Made by a program: the position numbers and the translations under genes
Notes under the pieces: generated by a model
The model's input: the letters and a program-made list of their open reading frames with translations, nothing else
What the model was told of the DNA's origin: nothing
Database searches by the model: none
Shown: positions 40,206-50,199 of the stretch, in pieces
Layout of the letters: each line of letters begins with the position of its first letter
Position numbering within the stretch: the stretch's first letter is position 1
Source: Squalus acanthias
Taxonomy: Eukaryota
NCBI GenBank assembly: GCA_030390025.1
Contig: CM059433.1
Coordinates: forward strand, 26,352,001 to 26,416,000
Direction of reading: 5' to 3'
Length of the DNA: 64,000 nucleotides

Positions 40206-42416
40206 ATGGAGAGGGTGAGAGAACGAGCTCATCGCTTCACCGAGCGGGCCTTGGATGCTCTGGTTGGCGCGGTGGAGCGCAGAAGATGTATACTCTTCCC
40301 TGAGAGTGGCAGGAGGCCTTTGCCACGCGAGTACAGAAGAGTGTGGAGGGAGGTGGCTCAGAGCGTCTCCTCCAGGAGCATGGTGCCCAGGACCCATACT
40401 CAATGCCGCAAAAAGTTCAACGACCTCACTCGGGTCGTCAGGGTGAGTGGCTTTTTCTCAATACCTCTCCATCCCTCCATCTCAACCTCACTCTATGGCC
40501 AGAGAGTCTTAAAACCCCAATGCACAACACTCATCCAACACCTATGGCCCTTTCATGAAATTGAGAGGTCGCACAACACCAGGTTATAGTCCAACAGTTT
40601 TATTTGAAATCACAAGCTTTCGGAGCTATCGATTGCTCCTTCCTCAGGTGAAGTAAATTAGATACAGAATCGCCAAAGCATATATAGATAGAGAACAAAG
40701 CATGTGTACCTTACAATTGCAGACCACTAAATTAAATCATCCTGACTATCTGCCGAGGTGTGATAGTCAGGATGATTTAATTTAGTGGTCTGCAATTGTA
40801 AGGTACACATGCTTTGTTCTCTATCTATATATGCTTTGGCGATTCTGTATCTAATTTACTTCACCTGAGGAAGGAGCAATCGATAGCTCCGAAAGCTTGT
40901 AATTTCAAATAAAACTGTTGGGCTATAACCTGGTGTTGTGCGACCTCTCAATTTTGTCCACCCCAGTCCAACACCGGCATCTCCGCATCATGACCTTTCA
41001 TGAAACACACACACACATTCCACACTTTGCATACAGTAAGGGCTATTCACCTATGGGAGGCACATCAGGCAAGACCATGGCTGTATATTTACTCAGATGC
41101 TGTCCTTTTTCTTACAGGCCAAGCTGGCGCATAATCGGAGACAGCAGCAACGGACAGGTGGAGGGCAGCCTCAGCTGCAACCCCTCAGCGATCTTGAGGA
41201 GCGCGTCCACAGGATTGTGGCAAGCAGGGTGATCGGTCCCGTCGCCACTGGAGACGCCGACCCCGTTCTGGACAGCAATGGTAAGGTCATCACCTTTTTG
41301 TCCTCTGTCCTTCCACTTGTCCCTCACAACACCAGCCTTTGACACTTTCAATCCAACTTGCTAACTCGCTGCACTTATTCCTCCCTTACTGCCACCCTGT
41401 CCTCACGCTAAAGCCACTCTTGTACCTCCCTGCTTTCAGATGGTGATTCACCAGCTGAGGAGACGGGCCCTGAAGCTGCCACTGGGAGTGAAGCTGCAGC
41501 CGAGGAGGAAGAGGAAGCCAGAGCATCAGTGCCACCCTCTCCCGAGGAAGCCCATGCCCACACTAGGAACACGCCTTCCCTGGAGGGGAGCAGGGGGGAA
41601 GGGTCTGATGAGGGTGAAGCTCCAGGACCCAGCGGGCTGCAGCAACGCCATGGGGGTAGGGAAGAACGGGGGCCTTCTCCCCAGAGGGAGAGTAGGCCAG
41701 AGACTCCTACTGCAATGGACGCAGAGGAGGAGCGGCTGATCGCAGAAATGAACACCCAGGCGGTGGGCATGCACACTGAGCTCATGGGTGCAGTGGGAAG
41801 GATGCCCGAATGCATTGAGTCACTGGCAAGGAGTGTGGAGCACTTCGCTGTAGCACAGGCGGATGCCACACTAACGCTTAGTGCTGCAATTCAGTCACTG
41901 GCTGCCGTGATCCCATCTCTGACTGCTCTCATGCAGACTCAGATTGAGGCCACGCGAGCACAGACTGCTGCCAACCTCGATGGTTCGTTCACATGTCCCC
42001 GGGGCTCTCACCGCGCCGCAGCAGGCCAGCAATCTGTTCTCCAGCAGATTGCTCCGGATGCTGAAGTGCTGCCCCGTGGGAGTGCCAGTGTGTCGGGCGA
42101 GCAGGGAGTTGCTGTCCTCTCTCACGATGACAGCATTCCTGCTGCCAACACTGTCACTTCTCCACTGCACTTGCCACCGCCTGTAGGACAGACTGCTGCC
42201 GCCCATGCAGAGTTGGTGCAGTCTGCAGCCGGGCCCTCCAGGCCCAGAACTGGTCGAGGCCGTCCTTCAGGGGCATCTGCAGTGTCAGGGTCTGACGAGC
42301 AGCAGCCTTCCACCAGCCTTGCTGCAGCCACTGAGGTCCCATTACGGAGGAGCAGTAGGGTTAGAAGGGGGGAAGTGCGCAAGGGAAGGAGATCACCCTC
42401 GAAGGGCAAAAAGTAG
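40206..42416 (+). CDS. Harbinger Myb/SANT-like protein; exons 40206-40442, 41118-41280, 41440-42416 (458 aa)
   Basis: GT-AG junctions join in frame (237+163+977 nt); RFTERALDAL...WREVAQ...QCRKKFNDL|AKLAHNRRQQQRTGGG; basic NLS-like C-terminus. Confidence 0.88.
40558..40993. mobile_element. Penelope terminal-repeat insertion forming a 193-bp-arm palindrome
   Basis: Arms 40558-40750 / 40762-40954 with 2 mismatches and an 11-nt loop; flanked by duplicated CCTTTCATGAAA; absent from the homologous intron of the 22142-26191 element. Confidence 0.85.
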
Positions 42417-42728
42417 GAGGTGTGACAAAATGCTGGTCATTTTTTTATTAAAGGTCGAGGTTCGTGGTCCAACTTTTGTCTAGTGTTTTGGACATTATCT
42501 CCAGGTTGTGAGAACCAGTTATGTTATTGACTGTTTTTTTGTGTTTATTTCTATGAGTTTGTCATGAGGAATTGACACATACAGAGTTTGTAAAATAAAT
42601 AAGTTTCTGTATTCAAAATATACATGGTTGGTGTTTGGAATTATTGGTGCCTTGGCCGGCTTAGGGGTTGCGTGCTGGGTTCATTGATGTTGTTAGCAAT
42701 GGCAGAAGCCATTTCCACAGCAGGGGCC

Positions 42729-43889
42729 CTAGAAGCGGCTTGCTATTAGCCGTTGACGGACGGCCCTTGCAGTTTCACCATTGTGGGCCGCCCTCCCGCC
42801 TTGGTGCTGCTGATGATCATCCTCCTCGTCCTCTTCCTCCTCTTCCTCCTCCTCCTCTGGTGGTGCTCCAAGGCCTGGTGGCATTGGCTGGGTCCTGACG
42901 ATTGCCATGTTATGCAACATGCAGCACACAACTACGAAGTTGGATACTCGCTCAGGCGAGTACTGCAGGGCTCCTCCAGAATGGTCGAGACAGCGGAACC
43001 ATTGCTTCAGCACGCCGATTGTGCACTCAATTATGTTCCTGGTAGCTTGATGGCTCTCATTGTACCGCAGCTCAGCAGGGGTGTTGGGCGTACGGAGCGG
43101 TGTCATCAGCCAGGTGCTCAATGCATACCCCTTGTCCCCGAGAAGCCAACCAACTGGCTGATGCGGTGCCTCGAAAAGTTCTGCCACAGTAGTCTGGCGC
43201 AGGATAAAAGCATCGTGGCAGCTGCCAGGATAGTGGGCATTGACAGCGAGTATCAGCTGTCTGTGGTCACAGACCAACTGAACATTCAAGGAATGGAACC
43301 CCTTTCTGTTCCGGAATTCCTCGGCATTCTCATGCGGAGCACGCAAAGCCACATGCGTGCAGTCAATGGCGCCCTGCACCATGGGGAAGCCCGCTATCCT
43401 CGCAAAGCACAGAGCGCGGTCACGCTGCTTGTCTGGGGTCATGGGGAAAGAGATGAAGTCTCGTCTCCTTTTAAAGACGGCATTTGTGACCTGCCGGATG
43501 CAGCAATGCACCGCGAACTGGGAGATATTGGCGAGGTCCCCAGCAGCAGCTTGAAATGAGCCAGTAGCGTAGAAGTTGAGAGCCACTGTGACCTTCACTG
43601 CCACCGACAGAGACGTCCTGGACCTCAGTTGAGGCTGCAGATCTGGCTGCAGCAGGTGGCAGAGCTCAGTGACCACCTCCTTGCTGAATCGCAGCCTTCG
43701 CAAACACAGCTCCTCAGACATATGAATGTAGGAGAGCTGTTCACGATATACCCTGGGAGGGTAAGCTCTCCTGTACATACGCCTGTTGGCCCTCCTCCGT
43801 CTGGCCATCATTGCCACTCTCTCTCTGCCTCTCTGTGTCCTCCGATTCAGCTGGAGCAGGACGACGCCCCCAATCAGTGCAGCCCCCAT
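42729..43889 (-). CDS. Harbinger DDE transposase (386 aa from the ATG at 43889)
   Basis: Open ORF with GAIDCTH, SLNVQLVCD, PGSCHD, LGDKGY, RNIIECTIGVLK and CCMLHN motifs. Confidence 0.95.
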   Translation of the reverse strand: MGAALIGGVVLLQLNRRTQRGRERVAMMARRRRANRRMYRRAYPPRVYREQLSYIHMSEELCLRRLRFSKEVVTELCHLLQPDLQPQLRSRTSLSVAVKVTVALNFYATGSFQAAAGDLANISQFAVHCCIRQVTNAVFKRRRDFISFPMTPDKQRDRALCFARIAGFPMVQGAIDCTHVALRAPHENAEEFRNRKGFHSLNVQLVCDHRQLILAVNAHYPGSCHDAFILRQTTVAELFEAPHQPVGWLLGDKGYALSTWLMTPLRTPNTPAELRYNESHQATRNIIECTIGVLKQWFRCLDHSGGALQYSPERVSNFVVVCCMLHNMAIVRTQPMPPGLGAPPEEEEEEEEEDEEDDHQQHQGGRAAHNGETARAVRQRLIASRF

Positions 43890-45380
43890 AGTCTCTTTGC
43901 AAGCAAAGTAACGAAGGACAGCAACTAAAGTACTAGCGAAGTTAGGATCAGTAGGCAAAACTACCTCACAAAGTGTTGAGTCAATGCAGAAGTCTCTCTT
44001 TCTCTCTCTCCGAATCTCTCTCTCTCTCTCAGAACGAGTGGTGCAAAAATGTCAACCACAGAAAAAGACAGGAAGAGGCCCCCTTTAAATAGCGCCCCCC
44101 CCAGCCCCACAGCGATTGATAGCGTTCCAGTCTTCCGGTCGTTGGATGTGCCAGGCGGTAAGGCAGGGGGCGCCACTCAATTTCCGCTCCGGGGCGCCAC
44201 AAGGGCGTTGCACCATGGAATGACGTCACAATCTGCGTGCGCAGGTGGTCGCAGCGGTAAAGTTTAGCGCCGCCGCACAATCTCTAGTTAAGTTCCCGAG
44301 CGGCGCAAACATCGCTGTGCCCGGGTGTTAGCGGCTTTGCGCCCCATTAGCACCCTCTTAAGGCGCTAACGGGAGGCGCAACCAACTGAATTTTTACCCC
44401 TTAAGCTCTTAACCAGATATTCATCTGGTTCCTTTATCACCAAGGCTGTTCTACATATTCCTATTGTGTGTGGAGGGAGCCTTATAATTGCTTTAACTGT
44501 TGCAGCCTTGCTAATTTAATCCTCATATCACGAACAGCAAGTACTTGCAGATCAGCGTAAAAATGTATGCTATTTGAGAACGCAGCATAGTTAGATGTCT
44601 CCAGATGAATATTCCCAGTAAGTTTAATATGCATTCACTATGGGCTCGATTTTGCCAGGCCCGAGGAGGTGGGATTGGAGACGTGTGAGGTGTTAAAATC
44701 GCAAAAAATGGTGTGCGGGCCCGATCCCGCCTCCATCCCGCCTCCGAGCAATTTTCCCAGAATCGGGGTTTCAGACCCCGTTTCCGTCTCGCCTCCAAGA
44801 GGCAGGATAGGCCCTTAAGGCCCTTAACAACCACTTAATTGCCTCTATAATCCAATTTTGAGAGGCCTTACTGATTTTTAGACATTTCCCCCATTCTACA
44901 CGCCTCCTCTGGAACACGCCAGGTAATCCTGGCGGCCTCACAAGTGGATTGCTTAGTTACAGGTGCAGCTCCACCATTAAAAAGGAGTTTTCACCAATGA
45001 TCATTTGCAGGTGGCAGAGCTTTGTTGTCTCAGGTCTGGGGGAACTTTTAGCAGGCATACTCATTGTTGTGGAAGTTTGGAGCCTGAGACCCATCTCCAG
45101 TGTGACCTCCTGGGAAACCCCTCTCCCCACCTTGACTGAACGCTTCCTCAACTGAGGTATATAGCAGAAGCATGGGAACCATTTATTTCCTTTCCTCCTG
45201 GACATCAGATTCAGACGAAGACCAGCCGTGTCAGCAGCAGAACCCTGAACAACAGCAGCACCAACAGCAGGAGCAACAACAGGAGCACCAAGCTGCTGCT
45301 CACCCACCTGAAACTGCACAGGCCAGAAGGCGCCAGAGCACGACCACATTGCTGCCCGGGATGCAAGGGATGCACTCATG

Positions 45381-47102
45381 TGTAAGGGATTCCTGACCCT
45401 GCGTGTCTCGCAGCCTGTGAGATTCACGCGGCTCTGTGCAGCCTGTATGTCAGTGCGGGTCTAGGCCTTGTTGCCTGTTCTGGTCTCCAGCCAGTCTGGG
45501 AACACTAGACACACCTGTGAGTGGTTCGAATCACTCTCCCTTACGGTTCTAGACACTGGACTTAGATGCGAGAGCAGTAATGGAGATAAAACTCATGTAG
45601 ACTTGGTTTGAATGGTACGAAATGGAAAATCTTTATTGCATGATACTTAAAATTATGAAGTACATGTCATAAGCACAGATTAATGACAGTACAATCTTAC
45701 AAACAGTTATATAGTCGATCTTAGGGAAACGAGGAACGAACGGCACAAAGTAAATAGGGGCACACATTACAAATATCCTTAATCCTTAAACCCTCCCCGA
45801 TCAATATCTATCCTAAACTAGATTCGTAGGATCTCGAGACTCATGCTCACCACTCGTGATAACTCGGAGAAATTCCGAATAGCTGATCGGATGTTTTTCA
45901 CCGCAGCACCCACGTGTCGGTCAGGAGATCTCCTGGTCCCACTTGTTTACTTGCTTCTGCTGCTCCGGCTAGCAGGCTGGACCGTCTGCTGTGATGAAGA
46001 CCTGTGTTGGTTGGCTTAACAGGTACTCTTGGAGCACAGTTGTCAATATCATCGATACGATGTGTTTTCACGTTCCAGTTACCCTGGACACAGTCCAGTT
46101 ATCGTCGATGCAATATGTTTTGTTATAAGTTCAAAAGAGAAATCTTCTGGCGAGGAAAACTTGGCTAATCGACCTACAGGCGCGGTCGGGATTTACTGAC
46201 CGTGGCGATGGATATGGTCTTCCTCTCTTCTCATCTCATCTCATCTCATCTCATCTCATCTCGGGCCTTCGGTTCCGCTGCCAGTTACCAACATAGGTCT
46301 TCGTTACGCGACACGAGGTAGATCCGAACGGATCAGAAAGTTCAACAGTCTTTTCAGAAGAGGCAACAGGCAAGCAGAAGCCCAACTACGAGTACACAGG
46401 AGCAGCCACGAGGTTACGAATCGACCGGATAAAAACACAGGAGCAAGCGAGCGAATGCAAGAGCAAGAGAGAGAATGGACGGTTTGGAGCCTGCAATTAT
46501 AGTGCAAAAATCTTCCGTTTCCCGCCCAACTATAATGTCCATTCTTTTGTTTAGGGTTTGGCGCCCAAATGTCTTGTATAGGTGATCTCCGTTCTTAATG
46601 GGTTTCGGGGCTACTCGTAAATGTCTGAGTACCTGTTAATATTTCTCCCATTGTTAAATCGGTCGGTGTTCTCCCTGGAGGGGTTTGGGGCTTCCAAGTG
46701 TCCTGTATAACTACCTGCTAACGGCTCTCTCATCGTAGAGTCGTTGGGATTTTACATATTAATGTCCTTTGGATGGGCCCTTGATTACTCGGTACAATGG
46801 CTTTCCTTTGTACCTGGGAGACCGATTCCAGTATCTATGTTTATACTGCAAACCCATAATGTCTCGTGTATTATCTTCACTGTGCTGCATCTTAATCGAT
46901 CTTGCACAAATGTTTATTGGAACGCCATCTTGTCTGCCTGTTGAAAAGTCTAGAATGTTCTGTCACGAGGTGCGGCGGCCATTTTACAGGCTGCTTGTGT
47001 CCAATTTAAACCTGCCAGCATTCTGCTGAAATAAAAGCTGTTTGAACGAAACTTTGTGTTTTCTCCTTATTAATCAAATCGCGATATATTGCGAATTCTA
47101 CA
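45381..47102 (-). repeat. 3' LTR (1722 bp)
   Basis: Direct repeat of 56579-58300 at offset 11198; minus-strand AATAAA at 45632-45637. Confidence 0.97.
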
Positions 47103-47115
47103 GTCCCTCCTGTTG
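47103..47115 (-). other. Polypurine tract
   Basis: Minus strand ...CAACAGGAGGGAC abuts the TGTAG start of the 3' LTR. Confidence 0.6.
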
Positions 47116-47561
47116 ATGCGAATAACTCCGCTTATCGTATCAAAAAAAAAAATCATAGTGGTGAGCAATATTATCTCGATTTCTCTCCGAATCCAGTAAA
47201 TTCATCCCATAAATTTTAACTTATCTAGGGTCCCTGTGTCGTCCTCGTTTCCCAAGAAAACCACATTTTATATCACCGTAGGCATTATTTGCCCTTAAAC
47301 TTACACCACTTGTTTTCCTTCCCGGCGTAACCAGGCCGATGCCTCTCGTATCACCTGTATATTCATCTTTTATTCAGGGAAAGGAGAAACAAAACCCAAA
47401 ACCAAACAATCATTTTTTAACTATAACACCATCACCAAAATAAATCAACACCAACTCTTAAAACATGTCGAGTTCCCAACGTATTTACAATCTCTGAAAA
47501 TCTTATATGAGTACAAACTTCCGCGGCGCACGCGGCGAGCGGGAGTGACGCCATTTTCCGA

Positions 47562-49913
47562 TTACACGGTGCTCTCATCGTGCACGCGCACGTAACGTTC
47601 TCGCCACTCTCCCGTGTTTTCATGCTTGGTGAGGCGTTTGTCTCTTTTACAATGCACGACCAATAGGTACACTACAATAAACACTTGACATACGACTAAA
47701 ATGTGGGAGGCTATTCTGATCCATGAAGGCACTTCAATATTAGTGAACAGATTCCACCACGGTGGAACTACTATATCCAGAATGTCTGTTCCTATTTCGA
47801 CAGTTTTCTGCTCTAATGTATAAAAATGTTTCTGTGATACCGCGACGGCTTTCAGAAGTTTGGTTAAGTGTTCAGGGAGAGGGGGAATGAGGTATCCAAA
47901 ATGCGCGACGAATCGCTGCAAGTCGGTGAAATTCTCTTTTACTGTGAGATGAACAGTGGATGGTTCAGGGATTGGGATAATTCGCTGTTGTGCTACTTGA
48001 ACTTCAGCCCTGGGTTTAAAACAGAAACTGCTGTCACTCACCGGACACCGGCTACGGTTTCCATGCTGGTAGTGTTGCGCTGCAGTGGTAACACAATATG
48101 TTCCACCCCCGATGTATGCTACCTGCGGAGGCACATGATCTTGTGCCATTGCCTCCATGGTGCAATTCATGGACTTGGCGCCAGCCGTTCTGAACCCGCA
48201 CTGTGGTGTTAAAAAGGCATTCAAGTGCTGGGGGCACAGTATTATGTGTGCTCCCCTGCCACGACAACCAGAGAGGTCTGTACCTGTCATCGTTTGCTCC
48301 CAGCGGATGACGTAAGGTGGAACCGCTGCATAACGAATGTGGGCTCCCCCCTGAATGACACCAATGTTCTCTACCCGATATACCGGGGCGGGCTTTGCTG
48401 TGTCGCCCAAAATCGGCATACGTAATACTATTCCCATAATAGTATGGTTTGAACGTCCGCAGTCCACGGGGACTGGGTATGCTTCTGAAGCTAGCCTGAG
48501 CTGGCACGGGCTTAATGCGTTCTGAAAAGGGTGGAGCGCCCGTAGGTGTTTGTTACTTATCCAGGACGGAACCAAACCTTGTTTTAAATCCTCCAAATTA
48601 CTGCGGCCCTCGCCCAGTAACCACGCCCCGTAAAGCACGCACACCTCGTTCTGCGCAGCTTGATCGGATGCATTCCGATCTTCCCTGATCAGGGCATTTA
48701 CCGTACGCGCATGTTTCTCCAGCTCTGCTATAATTTCCTTTAAATGGAGAGTCATGGCTTGGTCCTCGTGTAGACCTGACCCTACCACTTTATTCTCATC
48801 TGTTAGAATGTCTTTTAATTGCGTCTTTAAACCATTAATCTGGGTCTGCAGCTCCACACTGTCTAGAGCGTTGACCACAGATGTACCCGTGTTAAAAGCA
48901 GTGAACGCATCGTTCACCAAACCCCTTCTTTGCCTCCCTACTTGATCCAAAACTTCCTGTGGTGCGGTGTACAAACTTGTTTTATCAATTTCTGCAAAAT
49001 CAAACTCGTAGAATTGTCTGAACATCTTGGTCAACAGGACCTGATACAACTGTTCCGTCTTTTTGGGGCACCACTCTGGTAACCGTACCTCAGTGAGATT
49101 TAAAATCACCGAGGCCACCGCGTAATGTACCCCCTGAAATAGTATCTGGTCTGTGGGGACCAGTACCAAACCATTCCCGGGTCCCTTACTAGTTTTAGGG
49201 CACCCTTCTTCCTCAGCTAGAACCATCGGAATCGTGGGCGGGGCTTTGCGTGGGCGCGTAATGAGTTCAGTGGCATTTACTGGGATCGGGGAGAATGGGG
49301 CTCCGCACCCCCTGGTGCTCGCATCCCACCTCATCCCCTGTCCGTTATCCTGCCATTGATTAATAAAAAATATGGAGATGCCCTTGGGGCAAACGTACTT
49401 TGACCCCCACATACATACATAAATTCCCTCATCCGGTTCCCACCATTTGTCCCAACAGACTTTCACTTGTCCGTCTGTCCCCGTAATTGTCCGATGGGTA
49501 TTATTACCCAGTCGTTCCCACTCGACCGAAGAGTTTCTCATAGTTTTGCTCAGCTTTCGCAGCCACCACCATCGGCTCAATGGGACCTTCCCACTACAAG
49601 TCAAACAAATCCGTTTGCCGACGGTGACGCTGATCCTGGGTGCGATGATCCTTACTTTGGGGCACAGTAAAGAAGTCTCTTGGTAGGCAAACCCCGATGT
49701 GCTAGAATACTCCGTTGAGTTCGTTCCCAGCCATCCTGGCCACCTTCCCTTGTGGAAATAGGTGCTGGTCTCCTCTGCCTCCCGTCTTCCGGTCCCATCC
49801 ACCGCGATGGGGGCCGTGTCCCCGGAACATCCAAACACCACGACATCCTTGGTGCGGCCTCGATAGGCCAATCCACATCCGATTGCCACGAGCAATACTA
49901 GAATTCGTTCCAT
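47562..49913 (-). CDS. env: Envelope glycoprotein, F-type class I fusogen-like (783 aa from the ATG at 49913; ORF open to 50096)
   Basis: Signal peptide MERILVLLVAIGCGLA; Ig-like motif; furin site RQRR (48924-48935); fusion-peptide-like GLVNDAFTAF; heptad repeat; Cys-rich ectodomain; TM ILVVCQVFIVVYLLVV. Confidence 0.9.
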   Translation of the reverse strand: MERILVLLVAIGCGLAYRGRTKDVVVFGCSGDTAPIAVDGTGRREAEETSTYFHKGRWPGWLGTNSTEYSSTSGFAYQETSLLCPKVRIIAPRISVTVGKRICLTCSGKVPLSRWWWLRKLSKTMRNSSVEWERLGNNTHRTITGTDGQVKVCWDKWWEPDEGIYVCMWGSKYVCPKGISIFFINQWQDNGQGMRWDASTRGCGAPFSPIPVNATELITRPRKAPPTIPMVLAEEEGCPKTSKGPGNGLVLVPTDQILFQGVHYAVASVILNLTEVRLPEWCPKKTEQLYQVLLTKMFRQFYEFDFAEIDKTSLYTAPQEVLDQVGRQRRGLVNDAFTAFNTGTSVVNALDSVELQTQINGLKTQLKDILTDENKVVGSGLHEDQAMTLHLKEIIAELEKHARTVNALIREDRNASDQAAQNEVCVLYGAWLLGEGRSNLEDLKQGLVPSWISNKHLRALHPFQNALSPCQLRLASEAYPVPVDCGRSNHTIMGIVLRMPILGDTAKPAPVYRVENIGVIQGGAHIRYAAVPPYVIRWEQTMTGTDLSGCRGRGAHIILCPQHLNAFLTPQCGFRTAGAKSMNCTMEAMAQDHVPPQVAYIGGGTYCVTTAAQHYQHGNRSRCPVSDSSFCFKPRAEVQVAQQRIIPIPEPSTVHLTVKENFTDLQRFVAHFGYLIPPLPEHLTKLLKAVAVSQKHFYTLEQKTVEIGTDILDIVVPPWWNLFTNIEVPSWIRIASHILVVCQVFIVVYLLVVHCKRDKRLTKHENTGEWRERYVRVHDESTV

Positions 49914-50199
49914 CCTTCCTTGGTTCCTGTGATCAGATAGAATGAGGTAGCCAGCCTCGCAAGAGTCTCTGGCTTTTGTGAAGGGTGAGCGGGTCCCCTG
50001 ACCTCGCCTCACGTAAACTTCAACGTTCGCTGAATAAACTTCAACTAAACCTAAATTTAAAGCTCCCATCATTTTATCGTTTTCTGTTAAAAACACTACA
50101 AACTTAACCTTATTAAAACTATAAACTTAACCTTGAACTATAAACTTACAACTTAAAACTTATTACTATACAGTGCCGCCCGTTCTCAGGGCGGCCCCT

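Larger units (their letters stand above)
39847..44400. mobile_element. Full-length, apparently intact PIF/Harbinger transposon
   Basis: TIRs GGGGGGAAAATT / GGGGTAAAAATT; perfect TTA TSD; two convergent open genes. Confidence 0.95.

Noticed and set aside
42729..43889. Domesticated HARBI1 host gene
   Set aside because: Bounded by TIRs and a TSD, paired with a Myb gene and multi-copy in the window, so a transposon.
46304..47029. Short ORFs within the LTR as accessory genes
   Set aside because: Under 90 aa with no motifs; duplicated only because the LTR is duplicated.
49914..50096. 61-aa N-terminal extension of env as a foamy-like leader peptide
   Set aside because: A clean splice acceptor and a signal-peptide ATG at 49913 explain the start better; upstream ATGs cannot be fully excluded.
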